Source: Azolla caroliniana
Taxonomy: Eukaryota > Plantae > Polypodiophyta
Reading direction: 5' to 3'
Length of the DNA stretch: 64,000 nt
Assembly (NCBI GenBank): GCA_043228905.1
Contig: JBHGNT010000014.1
Span: forward strand, 10,106,001-10,170,000
In this document: positions 47,707 to 60,100 of the stretch, in pieces
Layout of the letters: each line of letters starts with the position of its first letter
How positions within the stretch are numbered: position 1 is the stretch's first letter
Notes under the pieces: model-generated
Database searches by the model: none
What the model saw: only the letters and a program-made list of their open reading frames with translations
Told to the model about the DNA's origin: nothing
Position numbers and translations under genes: made by a program

Positions 47707-47749
<43 letters not shown>

Positions 47750-47754
47750 CTCTG
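47468..47754 (-). repeat. Copia-type LTR fragment, the insertion target of element C
   Basis: TTTACGTGGAAAACCC...AAAAACCA motif of the kind common in plant Copia LTRs, plus (TC)n; cut by the C LTR at 47755. Confidence 0.5.
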
Positions 47755-50700
47755 TGTTACCAATTAGGAACACGGTCTACGGTCAATCCTTCGACCTAGA
47801 CCTCAAAATGACTGTGTGACAACGAATGGTAGCGTCTGTGTGTAATACTTAGTGGGATACCTCCCGTAACCTAGCAGCGTATAAGGGAGACGGCTACAAC
47901 CGAGCTCCTTAGACAATGGGCTAGCACACACACAGTTACTCACGCCTACGATCTTACGACTATGCTACGCCACCAAGGATTACAGACACACAATAGATTA
48001 ACCACAGATAAGCCTTTTACATTCAAAATTACATGCTACCTCTATTAGAGGTTTTCTGTCCTTTATAAACGCAAGGTCTTTTAGCCGTTCACGCTTCCCA
48101 CGTGAACCATTTACATGCGTTACAATATTACTCTATTCCATATTACTGCGCTCTTGTCCGTCGGTTACTATTCCGGCGGACAACATCTGGCACGCCCTGT
48201 GGGACAGTGCCATGGCACGTCAGACCCACCCCTTTAATCTTCCTCCAAAATGGCCTTCATGTTTGGTTCTGCTACGGTGTCCATGTCCGGGGACGGTGTA
48301 GGGCCCATAGGCGCGTCGTTGTGTGGTTCCCCTGCTTGGTTGAGAGGGCTTCCCATGGTGTCGTTGTCGTCCTGTGTGGGCAACTGGCTCTTCTTGGGCT
48401 ATTGGGGTTGGTTCAGCCGTCTGCGGGCTTGCGGTAGGTCGCGACTCTGTTTCGTATGTCACTTCCTTCGTGATGTCGGTTGTCGTTGTACGCTCTGGAG
48501 AGTGGGGTTGCGGTTCCTCTTGGTCCGGAACGTCCTCCGTGATGTCAGCCGTAAGCGTATGCTCCGGTGGGTGGGGTTCCTCTTGGTCGATGGTTTCGCT
48601 GTCTAGTATTGCAAGGGACTCCACTCGCCGTTCCATGTTGTTCCCCGTAGTGGTAATTTCTAGTGACATTGCTTGAGGTTCCTCTTGTTCGGCAGTATTT
48701 GGAATTGGTATCGTGATGGATTCCTCATTTGTTTGCGTGCTTCCGGCTTACGTGATCTGGTGAAACAGGTCCTCCTGACTTTCACCAAAATCATCTAGTA
48801 GTTGCGCGAGTTCCTTAGAATGTTGGTCCGCTAGCGTGTGATAGTCTATGTTAGGTCCTCATGTACTGCCGCAATGCTTTCCTCATTGAGTTTGTAGAAC
48901 CCTCGGCCGTCTTTCCTTCGGTTCTCCCAGTCCACCCGATACGTATGCAATTCCGCCGCTTGTCAGCCCACGCCATCCATCCTTTATCTAGCGCCGATTT
49001 TAATTGCGCCGTAAAACTCTCCCGATTCGTTTGCAGAAGGATGCGCACGTTGTCTGTTATGGCTTGGCAATGGTTGCATGCTTCTTCTACAGATTTCTTG
49101 AGGTTTGCAATTTCTTGTTGACTAACCGCCGCCGCTTCCTCATAAGTGCTCCTCATTCCTGCCCAAAGCTGGGATTCCTTTGAATGTAATTCTTCCAGTT
49201 TTCCCATTTCATTATTTAGGCGGATTTCTAGCTGATGCCTTCTCTCCTGTTCTCACACCAGCTGCTCGTCGAACCATGCTTTCTTCTTCTCCAATAAGGC
49301 CCGGAGTCCCGCAATTGCCACTTCCGATTTTTTCGCTTCCTCCCGTAATTGGGCATTTTCTTCTTTTGTCCGGGTGTGTTGTGTTATCTCCGCTGCGAGT
49401 TTCTCTTCAAGGGTCTTCACTGCCTTTTGGCCATTGGCCCAGATATCCTTTTCTCTGTCCGAGGACTGGCGAAGTTCGGCGCGGAGACGATCAATCTCTG
49501 ATTCCGCTAGTTGCACAGCTCGTTTCACTTTCGAGGCAATGGCGGTCTGAGCTTCAATTTCTTCCCTCAAGGCTTCGACGGTGTTGGTTGTTGGTGGAGA
49601 TGCCTGTTGCGCCATAGTCGCGTTAATTTCCAACTCCGTGATGTGTTCATTGGCCTTTTGTAGCTCAGCTTGGGTCAGTTTAAGCTTTTTCCAGACATTT
49701 TTATTTTTAATCGCCATATCTTTGGCGCCGATACTGACCTTTGCCAGTTCCCTATGAACTTCGACAAGGGCCGCGTTTAATGGGGGTAGTTCCATCCCCA
49801 TTCGGCGTATACCGGCGTTCCTCTGCCTGCCGACTCTAGCTAACTGATCCTCATCATCGCTTTCCGCCGTTTGTGTTAACGCGCGCTCGATCATTTGGCG
49901 CTCTGCAGGCTCCTCGGCCATTCGTTGTGAGACTTTTATCTATTGCGTTGCCAAGAATTCCACGAGTTCAAAAGTGGTTCCGAACTGTAATAGTGCGCCG
50001 AACTCATGGGCCGTGTCCAGAATGTCCGGATACACCAGGACCTTGCTTTCCGCCGTCAATACGGCTTTCCCCCGTTGTGACTGGGCCGTAATGATCGGTC
50101 GTGGTTCCCGGATTACTTCGAAGGTGGTGTTGGGCTCCGTAGCTGTCGAGCTGTCGCCCACGGTCGTTGTCTCCATGGCCGCGAGTGTGTTTTTAACTAA
50201 CCCTCGCCTATCTTTCTTGTCTAGTCTCCGCCATTTCAGCCTCGGGCTTTCCTGTCATGGTTCAGCTTCCGGCTCCTGTGCCGCTTCCTCAGTGTGCTCA
50301 TCCTGCTCTTCCTGCGTTGTTCGCATGTTCGGCTTGGCGGGTTGGGGTTCATCCTCCCACTCTGTGGTGGCTAACTCCGCTAACCTTTGCTTTGCGGATC
50401 GAGGCGGCGACGTGGGTTTGCTGGGCTGCGGTGCCGGCAGACCTCGGGGTGGCAATAGTATCATCAGGTACTATTGTATGATAGGCCTGAGCTTTTTGCC
50501 TCCTTGATACGCGTGCAGGCCTTCCCTTAACGCCAGCCCCGTAATGACCCCCCAATCGACCGTACGCCCTTCAAAGGTATCAATGATGATACTTGCCTTC
50601 TGCTTGGGCATCCCATATGCGTTTACATGTACGCATCCGACCTCCAACAGGAACTTGGTGATTTCGCGGAAAAAGGGATCTGGGATCTCCTTTGTTCTAT

Positions 50701-53700
50701 AGGCCTTGGCGGATGATGAATATGGACCGAAATATCTCTACAGGGATTCCGCAGGAGGGATTTCGAAATGCCTTTCACCTAGTGATGACAAGTCTAACTT
50801 TTTCCGGATGGATGAGTTGGTGACCGTGTTGATGTTGAGCTTTCTAGTGATGTCCAGTGCATTAGGGTGTGGAGGTGCCTCAGTGACCCTAATGTACCCA
50901 TCCAAGAGTTTCTCCACGAGCCATTGACGCAAGGCAGTAGAGATGGATATCGACATAGTCAGAATAGGCTCGTGACTAGTAGGTGAAGACTGTTGGTTGC
51001 GGCAGGCTTGAGCTCTGTGATAGGATGGAGAAGAGGGTGAGGAAGGGGAGCGATGAGAGCGCTGAGAATTAGAAGGTTGATTTCTGTATTGTGTAGAAAA
51101 CCTTCTATTTCCTTCTTTTTGTGACCGAGGGTTCATTGGTCGGTGAGCCATCGTGGTGCCACGTTTTCTTGGTTTAGAAGTATGTGCATGCCTTAAGTCC
51201 TTTTAATAGCGTTGCTATCTTCTCTCTTCATCTTTTTTCGTAACGGTTACATACAATACTATTTTTACAGTAAATACAAGTGGGGCTGTCTACTTACTCC
51301 ACAGATTCTCCGGCTTTATCCTGTCCGGCTGGGAACGAGATAGGTGGCGTAGGTCCCAGATAAGGTTTAAGGCAAAACCCATTCACTTTCTGTCGTAAGA
51401 CTTCCTCGGCTAGCGTGCCCAATTGAAACGTGCCTTGTTCTGCTCCTACTATACAGTACGGGCCTGTCCAACGGAATCTTAATTTTCCTGGCATATGCCC
51501 CATGCGTGTTTGGAAAACTAATATTGCTTTTCCAACCGTAAAATCTTTTTCACGCGCATGCCGGTGTCGGTCAATGAATGCTTTGCGTCGCCGTTGTTCC
51601 TGTTCTACTATGGCCATACTAGGTACCCTTGTTTCTCCTAGCTCTAGCAGTCGTTGTAGCCATATTTGTTCGGATTTGCCCTTTGGTAGCCGGGCTCGTA
51701 TTTGAATCCACAAACTGGGTACCTGGAATTCATCTAGCATCACGGCCTCCAGACCAAATGCCAGTCTGAACGGTGTTGATTGTATGCTGCTCTTATAACT
51801 GGTACGGTATGCCCATAACGCATAGTGGTTTTGCTTCTACCCACTTGGTGCAGTAATCCGTAGCCACCAGGATGTACTTATTGCCTGTTTGAGCGGTCGC
51901 CGGGGTAAAAGGTCCCACGAAATCTAACCCCCACTTTTGGAAAGGATCTAGTGGCAACACTAGTTGGTGTGGGATTCTTGCAACTTCTATGGGCTGGCCC
52001 AGTCGGCATAAATCGCACTGTCTGCAATATTCATACGCGTCCTTCTGCGTCGTCGGCCACCAAAGTCCTGCTTGCCAAATTTTCCGGGCCGTAACATCGC
52101 CCGCGTAATGTCCTCCCGTCATACCACAATGGGCTTCGCATAGAACCGCGGCCTTCTCATCCTGCCGTAGTCTGCGCCTCCAGATGTTGTCACTGCCCTT
52201 GTGGTATAGTATGCTTTCCACTAAACAGAAATTTCGACTCCGGATGGCCAACCATTTTTTCTCATCCGTCTGTAATTGGGGTGGCGGTAACCCTATGGTC
52301 AAGAAGTAGGTCATTTCCATGAGCCACCGATCCAGGAAGGTCTTTTCCGTTCGTTCTGCTAGCGTTGCTACCCGCAGAATGTCTGCATCCGGAAAGTCGT
52401 CGTCATCCCTCTACAAAGTTTCTCCATTATTGAGTCTGCTCAAAAAATCTGCCACTACGTGTTGTGTACCCAGGCGGTGCTGAATTACAAAGTTGAATTC
52501 TTGAAGCAGCAGCATCCATCTCGCCAATTTTCCCGTTAGCGCTTGTTTCTCTACCAAATATAATAGTGTTGAATGATCCATGTGAAACGTGAATTTCCGC
52601 CCTAGCAGATAATGCCGGAACTTATTGATGTTGTAGGTCATACCCAACACCTCATGTTCCGTTGTGGAATAGTTACGCTTAGCCGCTCATAATTTCCGAC
52701 TAGCGTAGTACACCGGCCGATACCAATTTGGCTCCGTGAGCTGCATTAGCGCACTACCTATTGCTATGTCCGAGGTATCTACGAACACGTGGAATGGCTT
52801 CGCCCAAACTGGTGGCTGTACGACGGGTGCCTGCGTTAGCATTACCTTTAGCGCATCATATGCCTTCTCTTCCATAGTTCTCCATTGGAAGGGAGTCCGA
52901 TGAACGGCGGCATGTAACGGCGGCATGTAACGACATGTATCGACCACTATCCCTTCCTTGCTGACTATATAGCCGAGGAGAGCCCCGTTGGTAACGCTGA
53001 AGGCACATTTGGCGGGATTCAGGCTTAAGCATGCAGTTCGGCAACGCTCCAGGCACAGTTGCAGATGCGTAAAATGGTTGGTTGTTATCCCATCTACCGC
53101 AAAATAGTCTAAAAAAACTTGCATGAAGGCTGAAATATATTCCCCAAAAATCTCGGTGATTGTCCTTTGAAATGTCATCAGCGCCGTCTTTAGCCCGAAC
53201 ATCATGACGATTGCAACATAGACTCCCCAGTCCTCGTCGTGGTGCATGCGTACTTGGTTGTACCCACTGAAGCCATCTAAAAAATTGTACATGGCATGCC
53301 CCGCGACGGCGTCCAGTACGCTATCGGTGAAAGGTAAAGGGAATGCGTTCGTAATAGTTACGACATTTAATTTCCGGTAGTCCACGCATACCCATATTTT
53401 TCCATTTTTCTTTTGTATGACTACTATCGGGCTTAACCATGTAGCTTGTTTAACTGGTCGTATGAATCCAGCCTTGAGGAGTTTGTCAATTTCTTCTTTT
53501 ACGCGGGCCGCGTAGTTTGGGTTCATGCGGTATCAATGCTGCTGGATCGGTTTCGCATCGGTTGCTAAATTGATCTTATGTTGATAGAACTTCAGATCTA
53601 ACCCCTTCATGTCCTCGTGGGCCCAGTCGAACACATCTTTATACTTCCTGAGTAGTGCTATCATCGCGTCTCTCTGATCCGGCATTAATTCTTTTGCGAT

Positions 53701-56408
53701 GGAGAGGAAACGGGGTTCTGACGTTGTACCCACGTTTACTTCTTCCAGGGCTAACAGGGTTGAGGCGGTGACTCGCCGTGAAATTTTCATTTCCCTCTCG
53801 AACGTTGCCCGTGCTCTGCTTAGTTCTAATATTGACTCTGGGTTTGGTTCGTAAGTAGCGGGCGTGGCATATTCCGTCGTGGTTTCGATGACGTCGATTT
53901 CGAACGGCGGAATAATTCGAGGGTGCTCGTCTAGGTATGCCTCTAATTCTGTATCATCCACCCCAGCCAACATATTTATATCCTCTGCGTACAATGGTGT
54001 TATGCCCTTGGGTTGTGTTGCCATTTCCTCAATTGGTACGCGGACCTTGGTGCGTCCATGTCGAAAGCTGATACACTTATGTTGCCAGCTCTGCTTGATA
54101 TTCGTTGAACGAAGCCACGGTTTGCCCAGCAGCATAGGATACGCCCCTAGGGCGTCACGGGCGAGGACTACCGTTGAGATGTTGAAGCGATGTCCTCCCA
54201 CGATAATGCCTACCTTGCGTATCAACCCCAATGGTTGTACTGAGCGGGTATCCGCCATGCGAAGCCAAAACGGGCAAGCTTCCCATTTAGAAATTCCCAA
54301 TAGTTCGCATGTCTTCGCGCTAATTACATTAACACCCGAGCCACCATCGATTACGCATCCTGGGATTTCCTGACCGTGTAGTATCAACTTAATAGCCGGG
54401 TTGTGGTGATCCACCATTGTCGCTAATGTCCTAAAATTCGCAGCGACATTTACCCCAGGTTTGTCCGTCATCCGCTCTTCCACGGCCTAGGAGAATCATG
54501 GGACTAGTTGCAACAGCTTCTCCATGGTTAACGTTATCTCGCAGCCTGTTAGTGCTTGCCATATGGGGTCCAGAGATTTTCCCTCTTCCTCCAATAGCTC
54601 TACTATGTTTGCGGACTCCTTCCACATGCGGTCTGTATTCGCCACGTTTGCTTTTTCAACCCATGCTTGGGTTGTCCGCCGTATCTCATCTTGCGCGACC
54701 CAATCAACATTTTTTGTTTGCTGGTGTGTCGTGACTTGTTGTACTTCCGCCGTAATCATATTGACGGCGGGCCCCTTGCCCTTGCATACTGGGCATTGTG
54801 TGGCATAATGTCCGGGCTGTTGACAAACAAAACAATGGATGCTAGATTCGCCCTTCTCGGCCCCTGGTGGTGTGTGTCGATCCCCAGGTGTGACTTACTC
54901 CTCCTGGTCGTGATTCGTTCGTCAGAGCGTACGCGGTGGTTGCTGTTGGTCCCGAAGTGGTTCCTGGTGCCGGTCATTGTCCAAACTTTTGTCGTACCGC
55001 CGTTGGTCCCGATATTGACGATGCTTTCCGCGAGGCCGATTGAAGCCACCACGTTTGTTCGTCGGACGGTAATTGTCATAGCATCAGCCCCCTTTAGTCT
55101 TTTTGGGGTTGCCACAGTAATCTTCATCCTCCGGCTCGTCTTCCTCGGAATCGTTGTGATTCCGGCGATTCTGGTAGTGCTAGTCATCGTGTGGGTTTTG
55201 ATCCATATACCGTGGTCGTTCTTCTTGCCACCTTTGTTCATTACGCCATGGGGGACATTGTGTTTCCACGATGCCTATTGTGGGCATGGCTCTGTTCAAC
55301 ATATTGTACTCACACTGTTCAACTGTGTGAGCTTTCGAGTGACAGATTGGACAGTGGATTCGCATGTTGCATTCAACTGCGGAATGCCTCGTATTCAAGC
55401 AAATTGTGCACTGGATCGCTTGGCGAAAATGTCGTTCCTCGTCCTGAGGTAACGCTTGTCGTAATGAGGACATGGAAAACATTTCCTCTTCTTCGTCCAG
55501 CTCGAGCTATAGCGCTCTTTCTATGACCATATCGGCCGTTTCCCCTTTCACGCTATTGTTGTTGAGCGTTGTCTGTATGGGTCGACGTAATGCTGCCAGA
55601 AATGTCTCCCTAGCCTCGTCCTCTGTCGGGCCCCGTTCTAATTTCCATCGTAGATTTTGGAAGTGTAAACTGAAATCCACTACCATCTCGGTCGACAACT
55701 ATTTAATTGTGTAAAACTGCCCGAGGATTTCGCGTTGCGGCACCCTCCGATGAAAAAACCGCAGAAAGGCTGACTACAGCTGGTCAAAGATCGTGATTGT
55801 TGGCAGATCCATCTGCGAATGCCAAAACACCGCTCTCCCATCCAAGGTTAATCCGAACTCCGTCATTTTGGACTGGTGCGCTACTGCTTCGGAAAGGCTC
55901 TGTGCCATGTAGTTTGCATTCCAGACATTGAGGAATAGTCGGATGTAGGTTGTGGCATCGGTTTCGTTGTTGAAGCGGGGATAAGCAAAAGCCATGCTGG
56001 GTGCTATGGCGGGTAAGGAAACGCCATAGTGCTTTTGTGGTGAGCGCTCTTCCTACGTATCGCCGAGGTATTTGGAGCACGAGAAATCGTCTTTGTGGTC
56101 CCGACAGGTATCACTGAGGTCACTGGGGCGAGGCTTTTGCCGTGCGTGTTCCTCTGCCTGGCGTGTGATGGACCTTGTGAATGGTCGGTATTGTCGTGTT
56201 GGTTCTCTGGGGCGTCTGCGGCTAAACATCCATTCGTCGCTATTCATCTGTGAGAAGACACAGATCACCAAGCGTGCAAAAAGTGCTACCAATTAGGAAC
56301 ACGGTCTACAGTCAGTTCTTCAACCTAGACCTCAAAGTGACTGTGTGACAACGAATGGTAGCGTCTGTGCATAATACTCAGTGGGATACCCTTCGTAACG
56401 TAGCAGCA
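47755..56408 (-). mobile_element. Element C: decayed non-chromoviral Gypsy with extra 3' ORF, diverged relative of B; 5' LTR interrupted by B2
   Basis: 3' LTR 47755-48185 matches 56284-56408; gag with CTICLNTRHSAVEC, protease VIDGGSG, RT, RNase H and integrase fragments 51294-56230; ORF3 remnants 48220-50956. Confidence 0.92.
48220..50956 (-). pseudogene. Element C ORF3 (unknown function; globular N-terminus, coiled coil, acidic tail), broken
   Basis: Fragments 50738-51151, 49940-50176, 49253-49921, 48851-49207 and 48220-48669; N-terminus aligns with B2 ORF3. Confidence 0.75.
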
Positions 56409-57180
56409 TGTTACCGGCCGGCAAGGAGTCCAAAATACGGAGTGAAGGAATTAATTAAGTATGGTTGTAAATAAGCATAGTGTGGACGGACGGACTGGAA
56501 ACGGTATGCCGTTCCAGATCCGGACGGATCCCGAATAGGTGCGATAGGCACCGTTTTGTACTACGGGCCGGAAACCTATTTAAAGGCCCGGACCCCATTG
56601 TAATCGCAGCGGATAATTAATAGAGCGTATGGTGTTTATACTTCTGTGTTGATTTCCGTTCTGTAATTACTGTTATATCTTACGCGTGTAATTAACAAAA
56701 GCGCTCTAATCGTGTAACCTACTTAAGTCGGTGTAATCATTGAGTCATAATCCTATGCCGTAATCACCCTTTGGTGAAGTGTCTCCGTGACACCTTGTGT
56801 TAGGCCTTGTCCGGTCAGAGAATAACACAGTTTTGGCGACCACGATTCCTGCTTTCTCACAGCGAACGACGGCTTAATGGATGACTAGACCAACGCACGA
56901 CCTGGTTACAGACTGAGCTCGACGCCTAGCCGAACGGCAAAGACGGCGGGAGACTTTCCAGCAAGCAGCGCACGAAATTCGCTCGGATCGTTCGTTCTCG
57001 AACGAGATCCGGAGAGTCGCGGAGGAATCTCTTCGGTTACAGCAAACTCGCGACCAGGACGACGGAAGCGGTCTAAGTAGTCTCCGGGAAACCGAACGCC
57101 TCCTCGAGGCGCTGGCAAGCGGAGAAAACGAGGCAGAAGCCTTTTCAGCCTACGAATCAGATTTCGACGGGGGATACAGT

Positions 57181-60100
57181 GTGCACACGAACTACCGGAG
57201 CAGCAACGATACCCCCGGCGGCCCGGAGGACGACGGGTCGTATATCGTGCCGACTCCAGAACCGGAACCGTTTGACCAGGGCTATCCGGAACCGCAAACG
57301 GAAGCCGTCAACCCACCAACACCGGAAGTGGAAGAAGCAAAGCCACCGACACCAACGAAAGAGCCGGTGAAGGAACCGGAAGAAGAGCCGGTGAAGGAAC
57401 CGGAAAAAGCACCGGCAAAAGAACCGGACGTGGAACCGGAGAGAAAACCGGAAAGATATCAACAAACGCCACTAAACCGCGGCCTAATACTGGACGACGA
57501 CATGCCGTTCCAATACTCAAAGTATCGCGATGATCCGGACGCGGAAGCGCATGTTCATGCCTTCGAGCAGACATGGGAAGCAAATCACGCGTCCCAGCGA
57601 TTGACACCGGAGGAAGAAGAACACTCGAAGATAGCGGAATTCGGGGTCACGTTGGAAGGACCAGCGGCACGATGGCGGCGGACGCAGAACCCGGCAACCA
57701 TCACAACCTTTGCAGAATTAAAAGCAAAATTCTTGCATTTTTTCCACAAGGAGGTCGACCAGACGACGATGGTGGGCCTGTTTTATACGATCCGACAGGA
57801 GGCAGGGGAAAGCATTCCCCAATTCGTCATCCGTTTCCAACGAATACATAGCCAGCTTACCCGTGCACCCCCGGAGGAGGAATTACGGACGATATTTTTA
57901 AACGCACTCCGGGAACCGTTACGCACGGTGTGTACGGTGATCGACTTTCGAGGAAGCACCATTGACCAGGTCATTGACCGGGTCAGAGAAATGGAAAAGT
58001 CAAGCTCATGGCTTACACTGGGAGCACTGCAACGGGCGTTACCCACAGATGAAGATCTCCGGTTCCGGCAAGCAATTCAATGCACAATCTGCTTGAATGC
58101 CGGACACTCGGCAGTGGAGTGCACCATGCGAACCCAGTGTGTGATTTGTCAATCCAAGAGTCATACAACGGACCGGTGCGAGTATAACCTGCTAAACCGA
58201 CAAGCATCACCCGTTCGACGGATCGAGCCAAGAAGCAGCCGAGACGAAGATAAAGATCGTTGGCAAAGAATGAACCGGTACCGACCGGCACAGGATGTCC
58301 GGTACGGAGACAGACAAGAGAATGATGGCCGGTACGGGGATCGGCATGATAACTACGACTGGTATGAGCGATCGGACCGTTATCGGGAGTCCAACAGACG
58401 ACACGAGCAATACGACAGAGACCATTCCCCTGGTTACCAAAGGCACCAGGAGGACTACGGCCGATTTTACGATCCACCACGACAGGACTACCGAAATAAA
58501 AATAAGAATAATAAGAAACGTAATTTCAAGAAAGGTGGTCACACTAGGGACCCGGAACATGGAACCCCAAGGAGCCAACCTGCACAGAACGCACCACTCA
58601 CTACGGGACCGACTCCGGCTACCAGCAATGCTGAATCCAGCAATACCCGTAAAGAGTACTGCTACTACTGCAGGCAGGAAGGCCACTACAATAACCAGTG
58701 CCCGGCAAAGAGCTACGATAAACGACCAGCAGTTAATATGGTGGTTCCGGAAGTGGCGGATGTACAGCAAGTAACCACACGGTCGAAAGGCATGGCCAAA
58801 GAGTGGGAAACACAAGAGGCCATACGAAAACAGGCGACGGAATGGGTGAAGGAAGCCAATGAAAGGAACGTCGCGGACGCGAAACGGCAAAAGGCGAATA
58901 CCATAGGGAGTGCTGGCGGTAGCCACACAGAAAACGAGACATGGCAAGTACTGCAAGAATGTCAGATCACGTTGCCATTAGGAAGACTCTTGCAGCTCGT
59001 GCCGCGATTTACGGAAGGACTAAAAACGGTCATGACAGACGGTATAGCCCCACCGGCACCAGTCCTCTTCTCGAATCCGGAGGAGGGACCGACGGTGGTG
59101 GACACTAGTAGTCCGGTGATTACAGCTATTGTCAAAGGGCACGAACTTCCCAGCACAGTAATCGATGGAGGTTCCGGGGTGAACGTAATAAGCCTCCGCA
59201 CGTGTGATGCCTTGGGTATACATGAATGGGAGCCATGTCCGTTCTGGCTACGGATGGCGGATACGAGCTCTGTATGGCCGACGGGCTTAATACGGAAATT
59301 GGAAGTCACCATAGGAGGTCACACATTTCACATCTCGGCTGTAGTGCTGCAGCTACAGGCGCAAGGCGCGTACCCACTGTTGCTGGGCAGACCATGGTTG
59401 AAAACAGCACACATCAAGCAAAATTGGCGGAAAAATATGATTACCTTCCGGCGCGGAAAAGCCAAGGTCTGGGTACCGACACAACCACGGACGAGCAACG
59501 GTAAGGAATGCACACCGCTGTATGCGGAATGCGTGAACATGCTTGAAGGGTTGGCAGACGACGAAGAAGCCCAGTACTTGGAGGAACACCCGAAGATCGT
59601 TCCACTTTTCGAGATTGACGTGGCTGAAGCCGTAGCGTCATACTTGCCGCAGCGGGACGAAACCGAAGCCGAACCAGACAAAGATTCGATTCGGGAATTA
59701 CGGCAAGCACAGGAAGCGTTGGAACGGGAAATGGCCGTTTCCCAACGGGTAAAAACATCCCAGCTCGACGAAGTGAACCTAGGAAGCAAGGACGAATCAA
59801 AGCCGGTACACATCGCCAAAGAAATGAAGCCGGAAGATAAAGCGGCGATGATCAAACTTCTCACGGAGTTTCGCGACGTATTCGCCTGGTCATACGAAGA
59901 CATGCGAGGGCTGGACCCTCAATTATATCAGCATCAGATCCACTTAGGCAAGGACGCGAAACCAGTGGCGCAAAGACGTTACCGAATGAACCCCAACTAC
60001 GCCGCCAAAGTGAAGGAGGAAATCGACAAACTCCTAAGAGTGGGCTTCATCCGGCCGGTAAAGAAAGCGACGTGGCTGAGCCCCATCGTCGTCGTCCCAA

